Shown piece by piece: positions 28,498 through 38,277 of a DNA stretch of 64,000 nucleotides. The translations under genes and the position numbers were made by a program. How positions within the stretch are numbered: the stretch's first letter is position 1; the number at the start of each line of letters is the position of its first letter. The notes beneath the pieces are model-generated. The model saw nothing but the letters and a program-made list of their open reading frames with translations. It ran no database searches and was not told the origin of the DNA. The DNA is from Alphaproteobacteria bacterium (lineage in GTDB: Bacteria > Pseudomonadota > Alphaproteobacteria > UBA2966): NCBI GenBank assembly GCA_964291395.2, contig OZ219856.1:1664001-1728000 (forward strand), written 5' to 3'.

Positions 28498-29873
28498 CTA
28501 GGAATTCCTCATGAACGGATTGTGGGGCGGATAACCCGTGCGCCGTCCCCACTCCTGATAATAGCAGTAGTGCGTGAAGCCCAGCTCCCCGGATATTGGC
28601 GTCGTCGGTCGGGTTCAGATCCTCCTCGCGTGCGACGATGCTGTAGCGCACCACGTCCGCGGCGATGGCTTTCCATTGCTCCTCGACGGCGATCGTGTCC
28701 TCGCCGAGATTGCGGCCCGCCGGCCCCCAGAACATGTTGTGGTGGCGCAGGCGTTCGGCGATGAGTTCCCGCGAATCCGTGACCTGGCCCAGACCGCGCC
28801 ATTCCACGACGGTCCGGCCGGGCCCCGTCGGCACCATGCGGTCGATGCGGACGACGTTGGAGCGGATGTTGACCATGAGATCGGGAAAGATATTGATCAC
28901 CCGCATCTCGTTTTCCTTCATGCCAGGCAACACCGCTCCGGAGACACCCCTGTAGCCCGCCGCGCCGTATTCGACGGGCGCATCGCCCGCCGACCAGTAG
29001 CCGCTGTGGCCGTTCGGCAGGATGCGCAGCCGCATGGGGCTGATCTTACCCGTGACCCACGGCATCGTCCGGCGGTTGATCAGATGTTTTCCTTCATGCC
29101 AGGCAACACCGCCCCGGAGACACCCCTGTAGCCCGCCGCGCCGTATTCGACGGGCGCATCGCCCGCCGACCAGTAGCCGCTGTGAGGATGCGCAGCCGCA
29201 TGGGGCTGATCTTACCCGTGACCCACGGCATCGTCCGGCGGTTGATCAGATGGAGGAGCGAATGGTAACGCTCGGAGTTGTTGTCCTGCCAGAGTTTCCA
29301 GTTGGTCTTGAGGTTGGCCTTGTGGACGTGGAAAACCTCGAGCGGCGCGCCGCCCAGGGGCTCCACCAGGGGCTCCATGATGTCGCCGAGGTAGTCGGCG
29401 AGCGGCTCGGTGTCATCGGACAGGCAGGCGAACACCAGGCCAGCAATCGACTCGCTGCGGACGGGGATCAGGCCCAGCTTGTCCTTGTCCAGCTTCACCG
29501 CCTCGTAGCCCTCGGGTTTGGCGACGCCGGTGCAGCGGCCGTCGAGGCCGTAGGTCCACAAGTGATAGAAGCACTGGAATCCGCCGGCATTGCCGGAATC
29601 GTTGCGGACGACCGGTGATCCTCGATGGCGGCAGACGTTGTAGAACGCACGGATCCGCCCGTCTTCGCCGCGCACGATCAGGACCGGTTTTCCCGCGACG
29701 CTGGTGACCCGGTAATCTCCGGTCTCCTTGAGTTCGCTCTCGTGGCAGACGAACAGCCAGACCTTCGAGAAGATCTCCTCCCGCTCGACCTCGAAGATTT
29801 CCTCGTCGGTAAAGATCCGGTTGTCGAGGTAGTGGGTGTCCGGCAGGCCGGGGAGTTGATCGATGGAGTTCAT
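28498..29873 (-). pseudogene. Rieske oxygenase alpha subunit, methanesulfonate monooxygenase (MsmA)-like, disrupted
   Basis: LPDTHYLDNRIFTD, CRH-X17-CFYH, NWKLWQDNNSERYH, HHNMFWGPAGRNLGED, YYQEWGRR; broken by a tandem duplication (28910-29251) and a 22-bp insertion (28567-28588). Confidence 0.8.
28910..29251. repeat. Tandem duplication (176 bp + 166 bp) inside the msmA-like gene
   Basis: 28910-29085 is repeated at 29086-29251, with a 10-bp deletion and one substitution in the second copy. Confidence 0.92.
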
Positions 29874-30031
29874 GGTCGTCGCCGTTTCCAAGGCAGAACG
29901 GGGCAAGGTTGCACGGCTGGAGGGCAACCGTCGCCCATCTAACGACACGCGCGCTGGGTGAATCAATCGTCGCCGGCGGGGGGAACGAGCGACCGATGGC
30001 CCACCGGCCTTCGCCGCGATGCGGCACGAGA

Positions 30032-30107
30032 TGGTGCGCCCGCTAGGAATCGAACCTAGGACCCACTGATTAAAAGTCAGTTGCTCTGCCGACTGAGCTA
30101 CGGGCGC
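30032..30107 (-). tRNA. tRNA-Lys (anticodon TTT)
   Basis: GCGCCCGTAGCTCAGTCGGCAGAGCAACTGACTTTTAATCAGTGGGTCCTAGGTTCGATTCCTAGCGGGCGCACCA: 76 nt, cloverleaf, encoded CCA. Confidence 0.97.
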
Positions 30108-30258
30108 CCGAAATGCCTACATTCGCCGCGTATGGCGCGCCGGACATTAGGCACCAGCCGAACACGGGTCAACATCTACGACTTGCGAACGCGAACGAGC
30201 CGCTGCCCTTGCGCGCGGTGCGATCGATCACGAGTGAGCCCGCTTGCGCCACGGCAAA

Positions 30259-30336
30259 GTATCGGGAACAGAAATGCCCCGGCCTCGTTGAAGCTCGAAA
30301 GTATCCGAGGCATTTCGGCTCCGGCTTCATCGAGGC
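30259..30336 (+). CRISPR. Two degenerate 36-bp type I-G (I-U)-like CRISPR repeats, orphan, 6 bp apart
   Basis: GTATCGGGAACAGAAATGCCCCGGCCTCGTTGAAGC and GTATCCGAGGCATTTCGGCTCCGGCTTCATCGAGGC both fit the GTAT...CCGGCCTCATTGAAGC repeat pattern; no cas genes in the window. Confidence 0.5.
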
Positions 30337-30476
30337 GCGCCTCCTGTTGCGCCCGCCGAGCCGGGAGAGGTCCGTCCTGGGCCGGGCGGACAGCCCGATC
30401 ATTGAGTGTGGCGAGGCCCACGGCGACGGCAGCGACCAGATCCGTGCCCGTGCTGCCGCACGACCTCCCCGACCCC

Positions 30477-30761
30477 TCAGGCGCCGGCCGCCCTCCGAAG
30501 CGCCGCCGCCGGGCGAAACTTCAATACCTTCGAAGCCTTGATCCGTATCTGCTCCCCCGTCCGAGGATTGCGGCCCTTGCGCGCCTTGCGCCGGACGATC
30601 GTGAAAGTGCCAAAATTGCCAATCCCGTAACGACCCTCCCTCTTCGACTTCCTCAGACCCGCCTCGATCTCACCCAAAACCAGATCAACCGTCCGCCTCG
30701 CCGCCGCCTTGCTCATGCCGCCCTTCCGGGCAACGTTCTCAATCAGCACGGTCCTGCTCAT
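30477..30761 (-). CDS. HU/IHF family DNA-binding protein
   Basis: NFGTF...RKARKGRNPRTGEQIRIKAS...FRP. Confidence 0.92.
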   Translation of the reverse strand: MSRTVLIENVARKGGMSKAAARRTVDLVLGEIEAGLRKSKREGRYGIGNFGTFTIVRRKARKGRNPRTGEQIRIKASKVLKFRPAAALRRAAGA

Positions 30762-30986
30762 CTCTACCTCCTCTCGCGCCGTGCCCTCCCTCAACAACAC
30801 TCTGCGCAATGACCCCACACCAGTCAACGACTGAAAAAAGGCGGAGCAAAGGCATCGGTGCCGGCGGCACCGCTCGTCCGATCTCGTTCCGGGCCCGGGC
30901 GACGCGCCTCGTGGCGTGCTGGACCCGGAATCGGCCGCCGCCGGAAAAGATTTCGAATCGGCCGTTCGCAGGCTAACGTGTCGGCC

Positions 30987-32015
30987 ATGAAAACCGGCGC
31001 CCCGCCCGCCATCGCCGACGTTCCCGATGACGTTCTCGACTCCTTACGGCGCCTCGGACTCCTCGAAGACCGCTCCGAACCCCGGTTCACCTCCCTTCCT
31101 GGCGGCGTATCGTCCGACATCTGGCGCGTGGACACCGGAGATCGTGTGATTTGCGTCAAACGCGCCCTCGCGCGTCTCAAGGTCTCCGCCGACTGGCGGG
31201 TACCGGTCGAACGCAACGCCTACGAGGCCGCCTGGATCGAGACGGTGGCGTCGGTCGTTCCCGAGACGGTACCGGCCCTCCTCGCCCAGGACGCGAAAGC
31301 CGGTCTCATCGCCATGACGTACCTCGAACCGGAATCCCATCCCCCGTGGAAGGAAAAGCTGCGGCTTGGGAACGCGCAGACATCGGACGCCGAGGCCGTC
31401 GCCGCGCGCGTCGCAGCGATCCATGCTGCTACGGCCGGGAGAGAAGACGTGGCCGAACGATTCGCCTCCGACGACATCTTTTACGCCATCCGTCTGGAGC
31501 CTTACCTGGAGACCGTCGCCCGCGCCCATCCGGAAGCGGCTCGGATACTTCGGGAGATCATCGCACGCACGGCGTCGACTCGGGTGGCCCTCGTCCACGG
31601 TGACGTCAGCCCCAAGAACATCCTGCTCGGCCCGCGCGGGCCGGTGTTTCTCGACGCCGAATGCGCCTGGTACGGCGATCCGGCCTTCGACCTCGCCTTT
31701 TGCCTCAATCACCTGCTGCTCAAGTGTCTATGGAAGCCCCAAGCATCGTCGAAGTTCCTCGATTGTTTCGACGCGCTGGCAAGGACCTATCTCGCCGCGG
31801 TTGACTGGGAGGCACCGAGCGGCCTCGAAGGGCGCGCCGCGCCGTTGCTGGCCGGGCTGTTCCTCGCGCGCGTCGACGGCAAGTCGCCGGTAGAGTACAT
31901 CACCGAAGAGAGAGACAAGGAACGCGTACGGCGCGTGGCCCGCGAACTGCTGCGGTCATCCGCGACACGCCTCGTCGCGATCCGCGACGCCTGGGCGGAG
32001 GAGCTGGGCCCGTGA
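30987..32015 (+). CDS. APH/MtnK-like phosphotransferase
   Basis: GGVSSDIW, VKRAL-x-RLKV, LVHGDVSPKNIL, LDAECAWYGDPAFD, RVDGKSPVEY. Confidence 0.88.
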   Translation: MKTGAPPAIADVPDDVLDSLRRLGLLEDRSEPRFTSLPGGVSSDIWRVDTGDRVICVKRALARLKVSADWRVPVERNAYEAAWIETVASVVPETVPALLAQDAKAGLIAMTYLEPESHPPWKEKLRLGNAQTSDAEAVAARVAAIHAATAGREDVAERFASDDIFYAIRLEPYLETVARAHPEAARILREIIARTASTRVALVHGDVSPKNILLGPRGPVFLDAECAWYGDPAFDLAFCLNHLLLKCLWKPQASSKFLDCFDALARTYLAAVDWEAPSGLEGRAAPLLAGLFLARVDGKSPVEYITEERDKERVRRVARELLRSSATRLVAIRDAWAEELGP

Positions 32016-33301
32016 GCGACACGACCATCCGCTCCGTGACCGGTCGGCGCGTCTGGGATTCGCGCGGCCGTCCGACGATCGAAGTCGAAGTTGCGCTCGC
32101 GGGCGGCGCGCGGGGACGCGCGATCGCCCCCGCCGGCGCCTCGCGGGGCAGCGCCGAGGCCATCGACCTGCGCGACGGCGGCGACGCCTTCGGCGGACGC
32201 GACGTGGCCACGGCCGTCACCAACGCCAACGGCGAGATCGGCGCGGCCCTTTCGGGCACGGATGCCATCGACCAGGCGGAAGCCGACCGCATTCTCGTCG
32301 ATCTCGACGGGACCGCCGACAAGAGCCGCCTCGGAGCCAACGCTCTCGTCGCCACGTCCATGGCCGTCGCCCACGCCGCCGCCGCGGCAATGCGCGTGCC
32401 GCTCTGGCGCCATCTCGCGGGCACCGATGGCGCGGCCCTGCCCTGCCCGAGATCCAGATCTTCGGAGGCGGCGCTCATGCCGCCCGTCGCGTCGACGTCC
32501 AGGACTTCATGGTGATCGCCGTCGGCGCGGTCGAATTCGCGGAGGCCCTGGACTGGACCGCCGAGGTATACCGGCGGCGGGTGAACTGATGGCCGAAGCA
32601 GGCCTGTCACACGGCACCGCCGACGAAGGCGGACACTGGCCCGAGTTCGAGTCGAACGAGGACGCCCTCGACATGCTCGTCCGGGCCATCGAGCGGGCCG
32701 GCCTGCAACCGGCGGAGCAGGTCGCCATCTCGCTCGACGTCGCCGCTTCGGAATTCGAAGAGAACGGCCGTTACCGCCTCGCCCGCGACGGGCGTGAACT
32801 CGACAGCGACGGCGTGGGCGAATTGCTCGGCAATTGGATCGGTCGGTTTCCCATCGTCTCTGTCGAGGACCCGCTCGGAGAGGACGACATCGCCGGCCTC
32901 GCCAGGTTCACGCAAGCGTACGGCGAGCGCGTGCAGATCGTCGGCGACGACGCGCTGGTCACCAGCGCCGCACGCGTGACCGACGCCGCGCAAGCGGGCG
33001 CCTGCAATGCGGTTCTGCTCAAACCCAACCAAGCGGGCACGTTGAGCGAGTGTCGCGCGGCCTTCGACGCGGCACGGGATGTCGGCTACGACTCGGTCGC
33101 CTCGGCCCGTTCCGGCGAGACCGAGGACACGACCATCGTCCACCTTGCCGCGGCTGGGGCGTGCCGCAGCTCAAGGTCGGATCCATCGCCCACGGGGAGC
33201 GTACGGCGAAGTGGAACGAAGGCCTCCGCATCGCGGAAGCCCTGCCCAACGGCGGCCGGCTCCCGCACCGCTCGTCTTTCCCTTGGGGAAAACGCGGTTG
33301 A
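32012..33301 (+). CDS. Divergent enolase (phosphopyruvate hydratase-like); three apparent single-base frameshifts
   Basis: WDSRGRPTIE, GASRGSAEA, GGAH, DEGG, LDVAASEF, EDPLGED, VGDD, LLKPNQAGT, RSGETED; frame breaks near 32442, 32573 and 33150. Confidence 0.85.
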
Positions 33302-33453
33302 CGACCGCCGGGATCACGGAGACCCCCGAAGGAGCGGTGCCCGTGCTCGGATTGGTGTGAAAGGGGCGGTCACCGCGCCGGTGGTGCCATTTTCCGTTTC
33401 GACAGGTCGTACGAATCGTTCGCCAAATCGCGACACTCGGACAAGACGAGCGA

Positions 33454-34852
33454 TCAATTCTCCGCGAATCTCTCTCGGTACTCGAGCTCCAGCTCCTTGA
33501 ACCGGGCGACGACGGCGTCGCGGCGCACTGCCTGGTCGTCGAACCGGTCCGCGGACTCGATGATGGCCCGGGTCATGTCCTCGCCCAGCTCGTGCATGAG
33601 CCCGGAGTCGACCTTCGGATCCCGATGCCTGGGCAGCTTGAGCAGGGAGTCCTGCGAATAGATTTTCGTGAGCGGCGGCCCGTCCGGCTGTTCGCTCGCC
33701 GGCACGGGCCAGGCGTGCGGCAACCCGCCGTCGAGGATGCTCCTCAGCACCCGGCGGGTGAGCGCAATTCCGATGTCCGTCTTGCCCAGATGCTCGATCG
33801 AATGCCGGGTCACGCCGCCCCACTGGCTGCCCTGGGCGTTCCAATCGTCAGGGAAGCGCTGGGTCTCCTCATAGTCATAGCGCTTCACCTGCCCGTCCAT
33901 GTCCGTGGTGCCGGGACCGTTGCGCGTCAGTCCCCGCCCGGGAAGTCATCCCCGTAAATCCGCCAGCCGATGAACAGGGTGTTCCCGTCGTCGATGGGAA
34001 CCGGGCGCCGGAAGTGGAACGTGCGCTGGTAGTAGAGCGGTGCCGGAGGAAGCTCGAACGTCGACGGCAGGAACGTGTCGTTGACCGGCAGGATATGGAA
34101 GATACGGACCCACACGGTTTCATCGTCGAGGCGCCGTTTCGACGTGTTACGCATGCTGGCGCCGTCGTCGGTGACCGCGAAGTGGACCTGCGGCAGCAGG
34201 CCGAACTCCTCCTCGAAATGCTGCATGATGCGCTGGTGCAGGAACACCGAATGAAACGGGTCCTGATGGTTCTCGTAGGTCTGCAGCCAGTTGTTCTCGT
34301 ACGGGATCGAGAGGGGCGCGAACTTCGCGCCCGGATCTCGAAGATATCGTAGCGTGGGAAGTGCGGGATCAGGTCCGGCGGCCCCATGTAGGCGTGGACG
34401 ATGCCGTGGTATTCCATCGCCGGATAGGCGCCGTGGAAAAGATTGTCCTTGAGCTTGGAGCCCTCCGGCTCGCCGGGGGTCTCGAGGATGGTCCCGTCCA
34501 CGTCGAACAGCCAGCCGTGGTAGCAGCAGCGGATGCCTTTCTCCGAGACGACGCCGTACTCCAGCGACGTGCCCCGGTGGCTGCAGTAGCGTTGCAGGAC
34601 GCCCACCTCTCCGGACTTGTCACGGAACGCCACAAGGTCCTCGTGCATGATCTTGACGGCCTTGGGCAGGTCGGTGAGTTCTTCCGAAAGGCAGACCGGC
34701 TGCCAGAACCGGCGCATGTACTCACCCATCGGCGTTCCCGGGCCGGTCTCCGTGAGATAGGGATCGGGTGGGGGAATCTCGCGCGTGTAATAGGCCCCGT
34801 ACCGTTGATTCTTGGGCTCTGTCGCCGCGGAAGAAATCTCACGCACTGCCAT
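33454..34852 (-). CDS. Rieske oxygenase, phthalate 4,5-dioxygenase-like (alpha-only type); two apparent frameshifts
   Basis: TGPGTPMGEYMRRFWQP, CSHRG...CCYHGW, NWLQ...DPFHSVFLH, EHLGKTDIGI; breaks near 34331 and 33932. Confidence 0.85.
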
Positions 34853-35005
34853 GCTGGCAATCCTCTCGTAGGGGGCGCCCGCCGGGGCACCCGTGACCGC
34901 AGATGTCCATTGCATCGCGCTGCAAACATACTACGGTGACATTGATCTATTTCAAAACATATCGTGAGCCGGTCCTTACCGGCCACCCGGACGCAGGGAA
35001 ACGTC

Positions 35006-35877
35006 ATGAAACCAAAATCCATCGGCGACATCACCATCGCCCGCATGGTCGACAAGGAAAGCACCGAGCACCGCTATCAGAACTGGTTCCCGGACCTGCC
35101 CCAAGAGGTCTTCGATTCCCAACGTGACTGGATGGACCCCTACTTTTCGACTACGACGAAGGCACGATCGTCTTCAGTTATCACGGCTTCGTCCTGAAGT
35201 CCGAGCGTCATACGGTCGTCGTCGACACCTGCATCGGCAACGACAAGGAACGCGATGCCCGGCCGCTCTACCAACTGCGCAAGGACACTCGCTACATGGA
35301 CGAGCTGGCCGCTGCAGGCGTGCACCCGGAAGAAGTCGACTACGTCATGTGCACGCATCTTCACGGCGATCACGTCGGCTGGAACACCAAGTTCGAAGAC
35401 GGTGAGTGGAAGCCCACTTTTCCCAATGCCAAGTACCTGTTCTCGCGGAAGGAACTGGAGTATTGGTCGTCCATTCCCGAGGACGGCAACCACCGCCAAG
35501 CCTACCGGGATTCCGTGTCGCCGATCATCGAGGCCAGCCAATCCATCACCGTGCAGACCGACCATGCCATCGACGACTCGCTGTGGCTGGAGCCGTCCGA
35601 GGGCCACACCGTCGGTCACTATTCGGTGCGGGTGAAATCGGGGAGTGCCGAGGCCGTGCTCTGCGGCGACGTGATGCACCACCCGATCCAGTGCGTTTTA
35701 CCGGATCTTTGTACGATCTTCTGCATGGACCCGGTAGCGACGCGCAAGACGCGTAAGGAATTCTTCGAGCGGCACGCCGACACCGACGTGATGGTCTTCC
35801 CGGGCCACTTCGCCACGCCCACCGCGGGCCATGTGATCGGCCATCCCGACGGCTATCGTTGGAAAGCGGACGTTTGA
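35006..35877 (+). CDS. MBL-fold metallo-hydrolase; one apparent frameshift near 35146
   Basis: VDTCIGNDK, THLHGDHVGWN, PTFPNAKY, GHTVGH, GDVMHHPIQ, HF. Confidence 0.88.
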
Positions 35878-35979
35878 ATGTCCGCCACCCACCCCCGTCA
35901 ACCAGTCCGGGGGGTGGCCTCTCCCCGCTCTCGCTCTGGGAAGGGTCGGAGGAAGCGTAGCGACCGAGGGTGAAGGCGC

Positions 35980-36932
35980 ATGCGGGTGATTTTCCACTAC
36001 GACGTCGGACCGGGCCTGCGCCGCCGTCTCAAGGCGGTTTCCACCGGCGGTCTCGAGGTGACGCCCTGCGACGAAGCCGACGATTCGCGCTTCGCCGAGC
36101 TCATGGCGGAGGCGGACGTGCTCTGGCATGTGCTGCGACCGGTCTCGGCCGAAGACATGGCCGGGGCCCCCAACCTCAGGCTCATCCAGAAGATCGGGGT
36201 CGGCGTGAATACGATCGATCTGGAGGCGGCCAAGGAGCAGGACATCCACGTTTGCAACATGCCGGGCACCAATACCCGGGCCGTGGCCGAGATGACGCTC
36301 GCGCTGATGCTCGCGGCCGTACGCCGGCTCCCGGAATACGGCCGCGCCGTGAGCGCCGGGAAAGGATGGGCCATGGACGCGACCCTGCAGGACCGGGTGA
36401 GCGAGATCGGCGGTTCGACCGTGGGCCTCGTGGGGTTCGGCGCAGTCCCCCGAGCGCTCGCACCGATGCTCAAGGCCCTCGGCGCTCGCGTGCTGTACAC
36501 GGCTCGGAACCCGAGGCCGGAAGCCCGAAGGGCTCGCGGCGTTTCACGACCTGCCGGACCTGCTCGCCGCATGCGACATCGTTTCGCTTCATGTGCCCCA
36601 GACACCTGAAACTGAGGGCATTATCGACGGCGGCGCGCTGGCTCGCATGAAGCCCGGCGCCATTCTGGTCAACACGGCGCGAGGAGGGCTGGTAGACGAG
36701 AAAGCTCTGATCGCAACGCTCCAAAGCGGACATCTGCGCGCCGGCCGGCTTGGACGTCTTCGCTCGCGAACCCGTCGATCCCGCCGATCCCCTGCTGCGC
36801 CTCGACAACGTCGTGCTCACACCGCACGTGGCCTGGCTCACCACGGACACCATCGAACGGAGCCTCGAGGTCGCCGTCAACAACTGCCGCCGCCTCGCCG
36901 TAGGCGAACCACTCATGTTCCAGGTCGTGTAA
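35980..36932 (+). CDS. D-2-hydroxyacid dehydrogenase; apparent frameshifts near 36520 and 36742
   Basis: GVGVNTID, GLVGFGAV, SLHVPQTPET, NTARGGLVDE, LDVF-x-x-EP, TPHVAW. Confidence 0.87.
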
Positions 36933-36947
36933 CGGGGGTCGCCGGAC

Positions 36948-36985
36948 GGCGGGACTTGGCGAGACTTGGCGGGACTTGGCGGGAC
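36948..36985. repeat. 10-bp tandem repeat (GGCGGGACTT, about 3.8 copies)
   Basis: GGCGGGACTT GGCGAGACTT GGCGGGACTT GGCGGGAC upstream of the GST gene. Confidence 0.75.
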
Positions 36986-37030
36986 GGCGTACCATGTTTT
37001 CCGATCATTCTCGGAACGGAGGCAGGTGAC

Positions 37031-37660
37031 ATGATCGATCTCTACACATGGGCCACGCCGAACGGCCGCAAGGCCTCCATCATGCTCGAGGAAGTGGGGC
37101 TCCCCTACGCGGTCCACGAGATCGACATCTCGAAAGACGATCAGTTCTCGCCCGAATTCCTGAAGATCAGTCCCAACAACAAGATCCCGGCGATCGTCGA
37201 CAACGACAACGGCCGCTCGATGATGGAATCGGCCGCCATCCTGCTCTATCTCGCCGAGAAGACCGGCAAGATGATGCCCGAGGACGAGGACCGCCGCTGG
37301 CAGGCCATGGAATGGCTGATGATGCAGATGGGCAGCGTCGGCCCCATGCTCGGCCAGACCCACCACTTCGTCGCCTTCAACCCCGGCAAAGCGCCCTACG
37401 CGGAGGAGCGCTACCTGAACGAGACCAAGCGCATCTACGGCGTCCTCGACAAGCGTCTCGGCGACGAGGAGTACCTGGCCGGCGAATACGGCGTCGCCGA
37501 CATCGCCACCTGGCCCTGGATCGCGCGTTACGAGCGCCAGACCATGGATCCCAACGACTATCCCAATCTCAAGCGCTGGTATCTCGCCGTGGCCGAGCGC
37601 CCGGCCGTACAGCGCGGCTACGACGTGCCGAAGCGCGACGAAGCGATCCCCATTCCGTAG
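37031..37660 (+). CDS. Glutathione S-transferase (YfcG/Ure2-like, nu class)
   Basis: MIDLYTWATPNGRK, ISPNNKIPAIVD, ESAAILLYLAEK, GPMLGQ. Confidence 0.93.
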   Translation: MIDLYTWATPNGRKASIMLEEVGLPYAVHEIDISKDDQFSPEFLKISPNNKIPAIVDNDNGRSMMESAAILLYLAEKTGKMMPEDEDRRWQAMEWLMMQMGSVGPMLGQTHHFVAFNPGKAPYAEERYLNETKRIYGVLDKRLGDEEYLAGEYGVADIATWPWIARYERQTMDPNDYPNLKRWYLAVAERPAVQRGYDVPKRDEAIPIP

Positions 37661-37672
37661 GCGGAGGCGATC

Positions 37673-38203
37673 ATGTCGGAAACCGAAAAAGCGATCCTCG
37701 CGGGTGGCTGCTTCTGGTGCACCGAGGCCGTCTTCAAGCCCGTCAAGGGCGTCAAAGGCGTGGTCTCGGGGTACATCGGCGGCGAGACCGAGAACCCGTC
37801 CTATCACGAGGTTTGTTCCGGAACCACCGGCCATGCCGAGGCGGTGGAAATCACCTTCGACCCCGAGGTCGTCAGCTACGACACGCTGCTCGACGTGTTT
37901 TTCGCCACTCATGATCCCACGCAGCTCAACCGGCAGGGCAACGACGTCGGCACCCAGTACCGCTCGGGCGTGTTCACTCTCTCGGAGGAACAGGCGGCGG
38001 CGGCCCGCGCGGCCATCGAGCGCGCCGGCGATATCTGGTCCGGCGACATCGTCACCGAGGTGACGGAGGCGGGCACCTTCCACGCCGGCGAGGACTATCA
38101 CCAGGACTACTTCGCCAACAATCCGTATCAGCCCTACTGCCAAGCCGTGATCGCGCCCAAGGTCGCCAAGGCCCGCCAGAAGTACGCGCACCTGCTGGCG
38201 TAG
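37673..38203 (+). CDS. msrA: Peptide-methionine (S)-S-oxide reductase
   Basis: [37 protein letters not shown]. Confidence 0.95.
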   Translation: MSETEKAILAGGCFWCTEAVFKPVKGVKGVVSGYIGGETENPSYHEVCSGTTGHAEAVEITFDPEVVSYDTLLDVFFATHDPTQLNRQGNDVGTQYRSGVFTLSEEQAAAARAAIERAGDIWSGDIVTEVTEAGTFHAGEDYHQDYFANNPYQPYCQAVIAPKVAKARQKYAHLLA

Positions 38204-38277
38204 GCCGACCCGCACCTCGACCCCGGCCCATCGGGCGAGGGTGGCGAGCGGCGACGCCGCGTGCCGGGTGAGAGCGC

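Noticed and set aside
27787-30107. Classical tRNA-Lys-anchored integrative element
   Set aside because: No integrase and no duplicated tRNA 3' end were seen in the window.
32012-36932. Programmed ribosomal frameshifting or phase variation
   Set aside because: No slippery heptamers or long homopolymers; multiple breaks per gene fit sequencing error better.
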